A stretch of 48,729 nt of DNA, taken from positions 1 to 48,729 of the forward strand of contig JAUCBJ010005728.1 of assembly GCA_032718475.1 (NCBI GenBank), read 5' to 3'. The stretch is from Nemertoderma westbladi. Taxonomy: Eukaryota; Animalia; Xenacoelomorpha. Below, piece after piece: positions 36,801 through 48,170 of the stretch. Under the pieces are notes generated by a model. That model had not been told where the DNA came from and made no database searches. It saw only the letters and a list, made by a program, of their open reading frames with translations. Made by a program: the position numbers and the translations under genes. Within the stretch, counting starts at the first letter, position 1. Each line of letters begins with the position of its first letter.

Positions 36801-38324
36801 ACGGACAGAAAATGACCGACACAATGGAGCCTTTGGTTTCCAAACCTGCGGGTTTGGATTCGAAACTTCCATTAATTAGCGGACAACCGTCGCTGGCATT
36901 AGAGCCATGTAGTATTTATGACAAATTACTAAATTCGTCTGTCTCTTGGCTGACAATTTGTAAAAGAACTGCGTGGTTAAGCCGATATGTTTCGTACCTT
37001 TGTTTAAAACATTTGGAACATTTAGGAGAACAAATGAGCGCTAATAGTGAGCGAATTCAGAAATTGAAACAACCTCTGACAGAGGATGAGATTGATCAAG
37101 CGGAATTAAAGCATTTGAAACATTATCAAATGTGTGCCTTCCCAAAAGAATTCTATCTATTATCGGCTCAACGACCAGTTCTCTATAAACCCCTTAGAAA
37201 ATGGAGTCCATTAATCCATAAGGGTTTGATTTGTCACAGATCGAGAATCCAGACTGTCGACATAAACTCACAGTTTAGGGTCCCAGTGATAATCCCTAGT
37301 CACCCAATAGAATTGCAAAGAGCAATTCTATGGGATATACATAAGAGGTTGCATCACGCGGGAAAGTTACACTGTTTGTCGGCAGCGAGACAGCGATTCA
37401 TTATATTGCAGCCAAGCAGGGCAGTAGGCACTATGTATGACGCCTGTCTGGTTTGCAAGAGAGTGAACGCCAGAGTATTGGAACAGGAGATGGCTGAACT
37501 CCCGGAAGCGAGAGTGCAGGCATATGACCCACCCTTTACAAATACAGGGGTGGATTGCTTTGGTCCGATTGAGGCAAAGAGTGGACGGCTGACCCACAAG
37601 CGATGGGGCTACTGACATGCATGGCTAGTAGGGCCATACATATCGAGCGTGTAGCAAACATGTCGACCAAATCTCTGCTCCTGGCCTTAAAGAGATTTAT
37701 GGCCAGGAGAGGATTAGTAAAGGTGTTCTACTCTGACAAGGGTACAAACTATGTCGGAGGGAATAGCGAGTTGAACGCGGCTCACAGAGCAGCGCAGAAT
37801 AGAGAAATTTCTGCAGCACTTTTGCCGCAAAGAGTAGAGTGGAGATTTAATACTCCAGAAAGTCCTTGGAGAGGAGGAAGTTGAGAGCGTTTAGTTCACT
37901 CTGTAAAGCAGGCCATTGCCAAGACGTTGCCTGTAAATAAACAACTTACCGACGACGAGCTGGTCACAGCTTTCATCGAAATCGAGCATACACTAAACTC
38001 GAGGCCGATAGCTATGTTGCCAGACGGTGTTGCATTAACGCCGAATCATTTGCTAATGCAGATTCCAGCATTTCTTGTGCCGGCATCAGAACCCATTAGT
38101 GCCGACCTATACAGTCGTAAGAGCTGGAAGGTAACACAATTTGTGGCGTACACATTCTGGGAATATTGGCGGGAATATTATCTTCCCACCATATCTACCA
38201 GATCAAAGTGGTACAAACGGTTCGGAGCCTCCAAAGAGGAGACTACGTATTGATAACCGAACCGATTGTCAAGAGAAAATATTGGGAGACTGGAGTCATC
38301 TTGCACATACACCCAGACGTGCAA
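33840..38324 (+). pseudogene. pol: pol of element C (protease, RT, RNase H, integrase) with stops and frameshifts
   Basis: YVMLDTTST, YYLPHH, KVRVVND, CDIEAMFHQV, FYMDD, LHLFSDAS, PRAEL, NPADITSRG, HHCC, GVDCFGP, SDKGTNY, GGS*ERL. Confidence 0.95.
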
Positions 38325-39604
38325 CTACTAGGATCGGCATGCTGCATTGCAGCTGCATTTTTAAGAATGCTGTGCCGGCTTGTCAACAAAATTGCACCGC
38401 CACAACTCCCTATCACCCATGACATTTGCTAGATCATCCGCATCTTTAAGGCCAGTGTCCTTTAAGATGCGTCTCAAGAAAGTCATGGGCTGTCCACCAT
38501 GCTTATTCACTCCATGAGGCTGCCAAAGTACAAGATTATGCACTGGCTGGTCCTCACGGCGAAAGCAATGTCCTGCAAAGCGGAGGCGATTTTGTTCTAG
38601 TGTCAAGCTTGGGGGAACCAATGAGACACCTCCAATGTTATATAGTGTCTGGTTGGAGATGTGTGCATTGTACTTGACACAATGAACCCGGCGTAGCATT
38701 CTTGTGAATGTGCCATCCAGAGATTTGGTGTCCTCAGCAGTTAGAGCCCAGCATGGACTCCCGTAGAGGAGTACTGGAACTACTGCTGCTCTAAATAATC
38801 GGACCTTAAGTTTCCGATTAATTCTAGGTGACTTCCAAATCCTGGAAAGCCTATTCAAGGCTGCCCATGCCTTTCCCTTACGTATTCGAAGGTCCTCACC
38901 TGACTTCCGGATCCATGATCCCAGGTAACAGAAGTAGTCCACATGCTGAAGCATACCATCCTTTGAGCTTATGCTCATCCGATCAGAGACTTGCTGAGGA
39001 CTTTCAAAGTTAACTGTCAGAATTTTGGTCTTTCTGGAGTTAATAAAAAGACCAACACTAGAAGCAGCATGTTCTAATGAGCTGAGGAGCCGTTGGGCTC
39101 CCTCTAATGATTCTGAGAGTACTCCTAAGTCATCAGCAAAGTCTAGATCAGTTAGGTACTTGGCAGGATTTCCTCGACTTCTGGAGCCAGTAGGTGGAGT
39201 TATCATCACCCCATCATCATTATGATGATCTAAGGACATGCGTAGAACATAGTCTACCACAATAATGAACAAGAATGGTGCAAGTGTGTCTGCTTGGAGG
39301 ACGCCCCATAACACTTCAAATGGTTCTGTGTCACCGTCAACAGTAGACACAAATGTTGTCGAATCATCGTATACTGATCTGATTGTTGCAATAATTTCAT
39401 CAGGAATCCCATATAATGAAAGTATGCTGAACATACGTGACCGAGAGACTGAATCAAAGGCCTTGAAGAAGTCAACAAAGATAACAGCCAGATGCCTGTC
39501 TTTCTTTTTTGATAATTCTTCAATTATCCTTCTAAGAGCCAAAATGGGCTCCATGGTCCCACGACCTTTACGGAACCCATTCTGATTTCCACGGAGCAGT
39601 CTTG
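38325..39604 (-). mobile_element. 5'-truncated non-LTR retrotransposon (RTE/RTEX-like LINE)
   Basis: 9 bp TSD GACGTGCAA (38316-38324, 39605-39613); very short 3' UTR ending in TAGTAG; removal restores integrase HIHPDVQNIVRTVTV. Confidence 0.92.
38361..39554 (-). CDS. LINE reverse transcriptase, C-terminal portion
   Basis: FVDFFKAFDSV, GVLQADTLAPFLF, LDFADDL, FCYLGS, LLYG, RLRFAGHCFR. Confidence 0.92.
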   Translation of the reverse strand: MEPILALRRIIEELSKKKDRHLAVIFVDFFKAFDSVSRSRMFSILSLYGIPDEIIATIRSVYDDSTTFVSTVDGDTEPFEVLWGVLQADTLAPFLFIIVVDYVLRMSLDHHNDDGVMITPPTGSRSRGNPAKYLTDLDFADDLGVLSESLEGAQRLLSSLEHAASSVGLFINSRKTKILTVNFESPQQVSDRMSISSKDGMLQHVDYFCYLGSWIRKSGEDLRIRKGKAWAALNRLSRIWKSPRINRKLKVRLFRAAVVPVLLYGSPCWALTAEDTKSLDGTFTRMLRRVHCVKYNAHISNQTLYNIGGVSLVPPSLTLEQNRLRFAGHCFRREDQPVHNLVLWQPHGVNKHGGQPMTFLRRILKDTGLKDADDLANVMGDRELWRCNFVDKPAQHS

Positions 39605-39787
39605 GACGTGCAAAACATAGTGCGCACAGTCACTGTGAAAATTAGGTGCAAGTGTCCGCACCCAAATAAGTGTAAAACTAATGGTTTACACACCTTGGAC
39701 CGACCGGTCCAAGATATTGTGTTATTAGAGGAGACACGCATCGAGACGGGAGATTATAATTTGTCTCCTGCCTCAAACAAAAATTAG
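39605..39787 (+). pseudogene. pol: Integrase C-terminus of element C
   Basis: DVQNIVRTVTVK...LDRPVQDIVLLE matches the element A tail DGLVRSVELV...LNRPVGRLCLLE. Confidence 0.85.
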
Positions 39788-40289
39788 TGTTGGACGCAAC
39801 TCACTTCGTATGCATTCCTCGTATGCAAATACTAGGAAATGCATAGGAGCGGGTTTGTGGTGATTTGCGTTGAGAATTTGTCTGGTGGGTATCAAAACAA
39901 AATTTTATTTTCAAAATTTTTGAAAAATTAAAAAATTTAAAAAAATTAGAAGTGAACCCAAGACAATTCCAAACGCTGTGTATAGACGCGTTTTAGAATT
40001 CGTCTATAGATATACAGTAATTTGAAAAGTCGTGAAGCCTGGAAAATAGCATTTAGAAACCATGGTGACGGTTATATTACGTAGGAGTGTAAATTGAGTT
40101 TAGCAACCTCCACAGATTGGTGCCAACAGTGCAACTAAGGTGCTAAAGGTTAGTAGCACCAGAGGCGTACACGGACTCCACTCAGTAGTTTGCAGTGAAG
40201 TGAGATGTTCGATTATCAAACCTGTGGGTTTGGTATAGTCGAGCATTGAGACTATTGTCCTTTCTAACTACTGTAGTTTAGTATGAGTA

Positions 40290-41610
40290 ATGGGAGTAGT
40301 TTGGGCATCAAAAAGTGAGTCGGTCACGGCCAGTTTATCTCCGAAGTTTTTGCGCTATGCATGGGAATAGGTTAGAAGGTAGTTAGGAATGAGACGGGAT
40401 CTAGAAAGCCGAACCTGAACTGCTGGAAGGCGGCCGGGTAGCTCGGGAAGTTTGTCCCTCCGCACCATCTAACTGATTTTCCCACAGTGTAATTGGTTTG
40501 CGTAACGAACTATTGGGATATATGTATTTGCGGCACGATGAGCCGCTACCTGCCGTCCGAGATCAATTCGACGGAATGCATCTGCACCGGAGGCCTCGAG
40601 GTGAGGATTAGGAGACGCCAAAGGTCTTCAGAGTATATAAGTTGTTCTACAAATGCGGTGAATGCATGAATAAACAAGACGTGGCGATTCCCGATCGACT
40701 GAACGAGCAACATCCTGAACCGTAACGCGATGTCAAGCTCACCAGTTCCTTAGATACAACGAGGGAGGTTACCCGATGAGCAACCCGATGATCAGTATCG
40801 ACTTTAGCGGAAAGCGACCTCCGAGACCCATTACGCCGACCGTTACGACTTTAGATCCGTATTTGGAGATTAAACCCTGTTCGACACCCAGTTTGATAGA
40901 CACGGCGGCGGCCATTTCGCTATACCGAGCCTATAAGGACTTAGAGGCGCGGCGCGAAGCGGCACGGGACTCTAGTTCCTGGACCACGTTCACTTCGCTT
41001 CACCAGGAGAGGAAGCTCACACCTGAGTATCCAGACGAGATTCGCGCCGTCCATCTGTCTACTAACTATACCCACGATCCACGATTTATACGATATTTAC
41101 TCCAAATTATTTCGGGAAGTTTCGACGCACGCATTATTAAGCCCGAATATGTCCAATCCTTTATATATCATCGTCGCTCTGATATATACGTCTAGATTTA
41201 TTATCCAGCGCACAATTGGCGGCCTAAGGAGACTCGTTTGGGGTCATTGACCTCTGAACGAGTGGAGGAGCAACGGACCGCCGCGCCCACAGCCGGAGCT
41301 CACAGCTCGCGGCAAGTTCCAGAAGGAGGAGTCCTTGGCAAGCGTCAAGCCAAGGACGAGCAGTTCCATTCTATAAAGTTGCAGAAGGAGGAGTTGGCGG
41401 AGGCGCCCACAGGGACACAGTCAAATGGGACGAGGCCGAGGGAGGAGCACCAGTCGAGAGATAGTCGGTGACCAGGGAACGTCGTCGCCGGTTCCGGGAA
41501 GTGACGCCTCACGGACGCCGTCAACAGAGTCTACAGGGGGTAGACTGGTGTATCTGGGGATGGGACAAAGGAGAGGAGCGAGCCCGGGAGACCCAGGAGC
41601 TAGCCGATGA
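40290..41610 (+). pseudogene. Accessory ORF3 of element C, homologous to ORF3 of element A
   Basis: MYLRHDEPLPAVRDQFDGM, LFYKCGEC, HP..RCQAHQFLRY and NPMISI..RPP..TLDP..LY..YKDL align in order with element A ORF3; stops and frameshifts present; start approximate. Confidence 0.75.
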
Positions 41611-42189
41611 GACTATAATATCAGGGGGCGACAAACTCTAGACATATACATCATCGTCGCTCTGATGTATATCATAGGTTTTGATCAATCATTCGACTGG
41701 ACTCATATACACTAGTCGTATCCATATTTTAGAATTTTATTTTCGAAGGCCGAAAAATATTGAAAGGAAATACTTTCACTTTGTAGTCCGTTGGAAAAGT
41801 AAATACTTTATACTATATTTGATTTTGTGTATATGACTTTATTTGCTCTAAAGTTTATTGAAAGAGGCAAAGGAAGTGATTGGGGAGACAAACCCGTGGG
41901 TTTGGCTTACTCCTTTCACTTACCTGAGCAATCATCAAACCAAGATGATTTGCGTTTTTTATAAGAAATTAAGTAAAGTCCGAAAATGAAAGAAATTATT
42001 ATGTATTTTATATTTAATTTGATTATCGGCCTTTAATGCAATTTAGTTAAAAATTTAGCCTCAAATACGTTTATATTTAGTTTATCTTGTTAATGTTGAC
42101 CGTTAATTTGAGATGGGAAATGGGGGACATTGTCCTAGCCATGTTCCATTTCATTAGGTAAACCGTCAATTTGTAAATAAATAAAGGAA

Positions 42190-42372
42190 GTAATATTTTT
42201 GTAAATTTAATTTTGTATGTAGTAATCATTATGTAGTACGAACGAGAAAGCAGTATTTTTGTAAATTTAATTGTATGTAATAATCGTTAACATTGAGAGA
42301 GATAATATTTTTGTAAATTTAATTTTGTATGTAAATTCATTATGCAATATCTATGGCAATATTTGTAAATAT
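42190..42372. repeat. About 50-62 bp AT-rich tandem repeat in the 3' UTR of element C
   Basis: TATTTTTGTAAATTTAATT(TT)GTATGTA three times plus a partial unit. Confidence 0.75.
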
Positions 42373-42492
42373 TAGAATTATTATAGTACCAAGTTATTTA
42401 GATTATTTGAAAGCGAATTTGTTTGTTTATTTACATCGCCCTATACTCTTCTACAATTGGAGGGAAACATTGCTTGATTTCCCTTGGAGCGG

Positions 42493-44548
42493 TGTTACGG
42501 TATGTGGCGCTGTACCTACATTAGCCCGTATTATACAGTATAATATATTAGCCGTTATACAGTATAATATATTAGCTGTCATACAGTATAATTATTTAGA
42601 TAAGCCCTAAAGACGCGCAATTATATTTAGATAAGGAATAATAAACGCCCATATATTTTGAATTTATCCATTTTATACAGTATGTAGCCCTACGTACGTA
42701 ATTTTGTAATAAAACATAAATAAATAGCTTTACGGTAGCAAGTTTCCTATAAAAACCTTGATGCAAGCTTGCTGTTATTGATTTCATTGTATTTGTCTTT
42801 TAAATTAGCTTTATATTAGATTGTGCTTAGTGTACTTTAAATATCGCGAAATTAATGTTAGGGCCAGCATCCAGGGACGCAATCCTAACCATTCAGCAGC
42901 CAGGGACGTGATCAATTACCATATATGGTAATAATTTGCGATTTGGAAGCCCTGAGGTTCACAATCCGGCTTCCTTATTGGCCCAGCAGTTCCAGGTTGG
43001 TCTGATGGTGGGGCGGATTGGGGAACCAATGAGAGGAATATTGCGTCATCCCTGTTGCATCACCTATAAATTGGCTGTATTTCCGGTATGTGCATCTTAA
43101 TATCTCAGTTGTTACAGCAGTACCAGTGGCAGTATTGTAGTTTTGTTTCTGGTTAATTGTTAATCTTTCGTCTATCTTTCTGTATTTCTCAATCAATTAC
43201 TGCAAATTACAACTTTGAATTATGATTTCTACTTTGGATTATTAATTCCTATGTGATTTAAGATGTGATAATCCCACGGGATTTCTTTAGACTGTCAGAC
43301 TGTTTGTGATTGCATGCGCCGCTACGGTAGCTATTCATTCTATGTTCTAATGGAGGGCTAAGGTACCGGTAGGCGGGCGCACTGGGAGGAAGCGACGGAA
43401 GGGAGTGCAGAGGATCCAAAGCGGGGCGATGCTGGCGGGGGCCACCGTTGCGGTCGGAGCTAGTCAGTCGAGGACCGGGGACCAGCTGCTGTTACAGTAT
43501 TAGGGGGCTGACGATCCAGATTTCTGTCTCTACTTTGTAGTTTTAGGGGGGCAGAATTTGGGTTTAGTTAGGAGTCCCATGTGTGGCTTTGGGTGACCTG
43601 TGGTTCTTACACTGACTGACTGATTGGATGACTAATACTGGTATACTGATGTACTAATGTATGGGTATTTAGTGCACTAGCTGATTGGTGTAGTTAGCGC
43701 TATCTGCCATACTACTAACTTAGTGCTACGCTATTTGTGTTGTGTTGCTAAAGAGTGCCTGATTCTTAAATGTGAATGCTTAGATAGGCGCCTTTCCCTT
43801 TGATTGATTTCCATTTCTTAGTTTATGCTTATTAATTGCTAATTAGGTCAAAATAATACCATATTTAGACTGTTGCTAGTATAAGCCCCAGTACGTAATA
43901 AATTAGAAGTACGTATTCTGGAATATCTAGTAATTAGTACGCGAATTTGTATTTATGACTGTAATTAATTTAGCGGTAAAATAAAATAAGAATTTGTACG
44001 CAGCATAGCGGAGAGTAGTTTAAGTAATTGTTTTAGAATACTGTAGACTATTCACGCTAGGCGGTTATTTGAAAATAGCGGGGCAACGGGCTGACAGCAG
44101 TGTCCAGTACACAGTACAGCAGTAGTAAGTTTGCTGGTCTAAAACCAGCCAAAGGCCAAGTTTCAGCCCCTAGGAAAGTAACAGATCTATCCCCCTTAAT
44201 ATTAAAACATTCTCACATTCAATGTGTTCTGCCAGTGAATTCTAGTATTTTGCGATAAGTGAACTCCGAGTGCTAGGTCACCCGCACTCGTTTTAAGTAG
44301 CTTAGGGAGCCGATTCGGGTTTATTGTTTTGGTTATTCCCGCGTGGCTCATAGATTCGAACAGTTAGCTCTCTGTTGAGCGATCAACAGAGAAAGGAACA
44401 AGCGATTTGCAGGAGCCGTATAAAATTAGTTAAATATATTAGCGGACTGCCAGGTTAGCGCCATCCTGCGGTGAGAAGCAGTTTTGTGTTTAGCAGCAGT
44501 GCTGCAGTGCGGCAGTAATAACGTGCTCCTGATCGCCCCTGTTTAACA
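42493..44548 (+). repeat. 3' LTR of element C (2056 bp)
   Basis: TGTTA...TAACA termini; preceded by GGAGCGG; 24 bp tandem repeats near the start. Confidence 0.93.
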
Positions 44549-45712
44549 CTGTGAGTGGGGTATTAACAAACGTTTCCATTACTTCTGGCACCACGTAAGT
44601 ACTACCCGAGCCAGCCTCACTCTCTGATAGTCCCAACTGCGCCAGTTCTAGTCGGCGCTTCTGCTTGGCCTGATATTGCATAAGCCCCCTTAACCGGGCA
44701 TGTATATCATCCCGCATACGCTTTCCCGTTCTCTCTCTCTCTCCCTATCCTCTAGCAAACTTTGGTCAGCCGACTATGCCTCTCTCGCAATCCTCTCAAG
44801 CTGCCTCACCTCACGCTCTTTACGCTCGTTCGCCTCTCTCGCCTCTCGCTCCTTCTCCTCCCTTATTTCTCTCTCCTCACTCTCTCTAAAGTTTCTCGCC
44901 ACCCTTTTGGCCCTGTCTTTACACTCCCTCGCTAACTCTCTCTCTTTCTCTAACAACGCAGTTCCCTCGTCCAACTGCCTCTCTAAATCTTTCTGGTCTA
45001 GTGCCACCATGTCTAGTTGACATGCCAGATCTATCTCTAACACCCTTCTTGCTTTCGCGGAGGATGTAGCGGACTTATCGGTCGCGACAGACTCCCGTCG
45101 CCTCTCTGTCCTACTAACTTTCCCCCGCTTTCTGGGGTTCTCGCTAACCGACAAGACCAAATCCTCGGGGTTAACCTCGGGTTCGCCCTCATGCGGATCT
45201 GCGCAACCCACTAGCTTAATTCCCCTAGAATCCACTAAGTACGGCCCTACGTACACTACTCCTGGCTCCATAATCCCGGATCGCCACAGTTCGAATAGTT
45301 CGGTGGTGACCCCGCTCGCTCTCTCACTCGCCGGTTCTCCCTGCCCGAAACGAACTAGATACCGAAAATGTTTATTCGACTCACCTAGTCGCTGGCTCAA
45401 CTTCCCCTGATTTACCTTCTCTACCTCTCTGGCCTCCTTCAACAGTTTCTTGGTGGCGTTGTAGGCCCGTCGAAGCCGATCGCTGGTCCCGACGTCCTCT
45501 TCGCCGACATCTCCTCCTCCTCTCCTGGTTCGGCGTCGTACCGGCGGCCCCACCGTCGCCGTTCCGGTGGGCCGTCCATCGCCCTCGGCCTGTGGCTGGC
45601 TGGCGACTTCGGTACTCTGACCGCCATCGTGCGTCAACTCGTCCCTTCCTCGTGGTAGACGGCCGCCCTCCGCTTGGGGTGCTGGATTGTCCCTCGTCGG
45701 CGAATCCGGCAT
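44549..45712 (-). pseudogene. gag: N-terminal Gag region of element B (coiled coil)
   Basis: ORF 44774-45712 starts about 150 bp after the 5' LTR; E/R-rich; continues across the element C insertion site. Confidence 0.8.
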
Positions 45713-45852
45713 CGCAGGTCAATACCGTCTCGTCACGGCCTCGCGGATCGGTCGGTTGGTGTCGTCCGGGGTCCGCGGCGGTGTCCTCCCTGGATCTCGG
45801 GGCTCTCCTTAGTTCATCTTTACTCTCAGACTTGCAGTCACAGTTCTTTGGC

Positions 45853-45863
45853 TATAGTTCTAC
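45853..45863 (-). other. Non-tRNA primer-binding site candidate of element B (GTAGAACTATA)
   Basis: Immediately follows LTR end CGTCACA; exact 11 nt reverse complement of LTR segment 46052-46062 (22325-22335 in the 3' LTR). Confidence 0.65.
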
Positions 45864-46460
45864 TGTGACGGGATCAAGGGATCCCGACCGGGTTAAATCC
45901 TTACGCGTCACGACAGGCTGATGGTGGTTGGTAAAAGGGTTTGAGTTTGGTGTTCAACTGATAATATAATGTATAATATAAGATAGTGATAGCACGATTG
46001 AATGACCAGATAATAAATCAGTATATGGACTAAGGCAGTACTGCAGTGACGGTAGAACTATATTGCTGGCCTGCACTGAAACTGACCACTGAGTAAACTG
46101 AGTCACAGGCCGGTAACAAATAGATAATATATATAACACACCGATATTACTCTACCGCTACATTACTGTGGCCATTCACCCAGCGGATGCCCTCCTTCGC
46201 CCCTATTGGTCAATAACCTACTTCAAGCCTCTCACTCTCTCTGGGAGTGTTTCCCCCCCTGTTGGCCCCTGCTGGTTGTTTCCCCTTTCGAGGTGGATTG
46301 ACCTCTAACCTCCCTTTGTGTGGCTTTGGGGTTTGTGTTGTCCCCGGCGTTGGCTGTGATACGAGATTGGTTATTGCCAATCTCGTATCTCCAACATATT
46401 GCTGAAAAAGGTGCCACTTCCCTTTGTGAGGGTAGTGCGGCGGAATTGAATCTGCATACA
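45864..46460 (-). repeat. 5' LTR of element B
   Basis: Direct repeat of 22138-22749. On the minus strand: CCAAT near 46204, TATATATA 46128-46135, Inr-like TCAGTT 46096-46101. Confidence 0.95.
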
Positions 46461-47544
46461 TGTATTTTTCTCCGCTTTGATTTTCTCCTATATTTATATT
46501 ATGTCAAGGCTTTTACGGGAGGCTAACCCCACATCCGCTGCAACGTGAGTTCGTTTGTAACTCTTATGAGTGCTATCAAGTGCCTTGGGGTACCTGCCGC
46601 ATAGCAGGAACACTCACGAAAGTTTATGTATATATATATAATCTAATATATATATCTGGTCTGAATGAACAATCAATTACTGTAAGTAAATAGCTTCGGC
46701 ACTATAAACTGCTTCAAGGGAATAAAGTAATATTTACGTGTAAACCGTTCCATTATGTTGTGTTGTCGGTGGGTAAATGTACGTGTGACTTATATATATT
46801 ACAGGTAGGACACTAAGTTGGACCTAGTGCGCGGTAAGCGCACAGTTCACTCGTGCTGCATACATCATAGTATCAATAGATTATAGTTACTAGTTGGGGA
46901 ATAATATTGCAGTACTGTACTATGGATGCACACACTCGCACTAAATGAACCGAATCTATTACAGACAGGGCGCAGTCAGCACTAACCGTGTGGAAATCAA
47001 GTTGGTGTGATCTCTGGTCTTGTATATTCATCAACAAGGTAAAGCAATAATAATAACTATAACAATAAGATTAAATACGCATGGCAAGTTAATGATGCAA
47101 TGCAATAAGCAAGCAAGATAATGATGCAACACAGCAAGGTGAAAATTCATAGGTCCTGCTAGTTACATGACTCGTAACAGGCTTAAGATGTTATTAGGCT
47201 TGAGGATAGCGATAGCAACATCAACTATTATAGCACTGTAAGAACAGAAACAGCCAATAGGGCGCAAGAACTTTGTAGAATATGGCAACCAATAGGAGCT
47301 TTAGGATTACGGCAACTGATACTGGGCAACGGACAAACAATCTTAACAGTGATATACAACATGGATTTGAGACGAATATTATGCGCACAGAAGTTGAATA
47401 GTTCTCCGATAAAAATATAAGATTTCGATATGCAGTTAGCGTGTGCAGCAAAATATTGAGTTTACTTTATATACCATTTTACATATGTTATCTTGTATTC
47501 GGTATACGTTAGCTTTCACAATAGTAAAATTTAATAGTACTGTA

Positions 47545-47870
47545 TTTATAACAAAACTAAAAATTTAGCATCAATTTGCAGCGCCACATAGCGGTACAGA
47601 ATTATTTTTACAAAATTTCGCCTGATATTTATGTTACCCCATCTTTTGTCTATCCTATAAAAAAACTTTAATGTGATTAGATTCAAAACTGTAAAAGCCT
47701 TAGGGTTTTTTTAGCGCAACCAAATTTTTTTTGTTGTTAACTACAGGGGGTGTAGTATTAACTACTGTAATATTAAATAGCGAAAATAAATTTTTTTCTG
47801 ACCTGTCATGTAGAATAGCATCTTAGGCACCTATATTCCAATTTTTAGCCCAAACCAAACAATTTTGAAT
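47545..47870 (+). mobile_element. Internal fragment of the same MITE family as 3947-4658
   Basis: High similarity to about 4300-4607 (TTTGCAGCGCCAC..., GTGATTAGATTCAAAACTG, CCTGTCATGTAGAATAGCATCTTAGGCAC). Confidence 0.85.
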
Positions 47871-47954
47871 TGTTTGACTAAACTTACTAAATAAGTTCGC
47901 AATGAATAGACTGGAATCACTGTAAAGCAGATAATCAAGCAGTCAGGAGGTTAG

Positions 47955-48170
47955 CAGGGGCGTAGCGATAGAAGGGGGGGGGGGGGGACCTTCTCCCAGG
48001 CGCTCTCAGACAGGGGCGCTGAAATGTCAGGGAATTCGTGTAAACATAGGACAAATCAGTTGTGATAGGCCTACAGTATTTACAGGATCTGTGTCATAAG
48101 CGAAAATGTGGAAAAGGGCGCCATCTCAGCTTCATTCCCCTGGGCGCCAGAAGGGCTCGCTACGCCTCTG
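47955..48170. mobile_element. hAT-like MITE, 216 bp
   Basis: TIR CAGGGGCGTAGC...GCTACGCCTCTG and 8 bp TSD GAGGTTAG (47947-47954, 48171-48178). Confidence 0.88.

Larger units (their letters stand above)
27133..44548 (+). mobile_element. BEL/Pao LTR retrotransposon C, near full length, decayed, inserted in gag of B
   Basis: About 2 kb LTR pair, Gag-PR-RT-RH-IN order, extra 3' ORF. Flanks CTGT (27129-27132) and CTGTG (44549-44553) rejoin B gag as NTPLT-VSAESGRAR. Confidence 0.95.
22138..46460 (-). mobile_element. BEL/Pao LTR retrotransposon B, Gag-protease only, interrupted by element C
   Basis: Near-identical LTRs 22138-22749 and 45864-46460 with TGT..ACA ends; 5 bp TSD TGTAT (22133-22137, 46461-46465); PPT GGGGGGGAG at 22750-22758; BEL-type Gag and protease. 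Confidence 0.93.

Noticed and set aside
40469-40487. CTAAC...TTTTCCCACAG splice-acceptor-like sequence within ORF3 of element C
   Set aside because: Weak similarity to A's ORF3 continues upstream of it in another frame, so splicing is not required; cannot be supported without RNA data.
46600-47460. CCAAT-containing LTR-like region, possible 5' LTR of element A
   Set aside because: No visible similarity to 1-787 and no defined termini.
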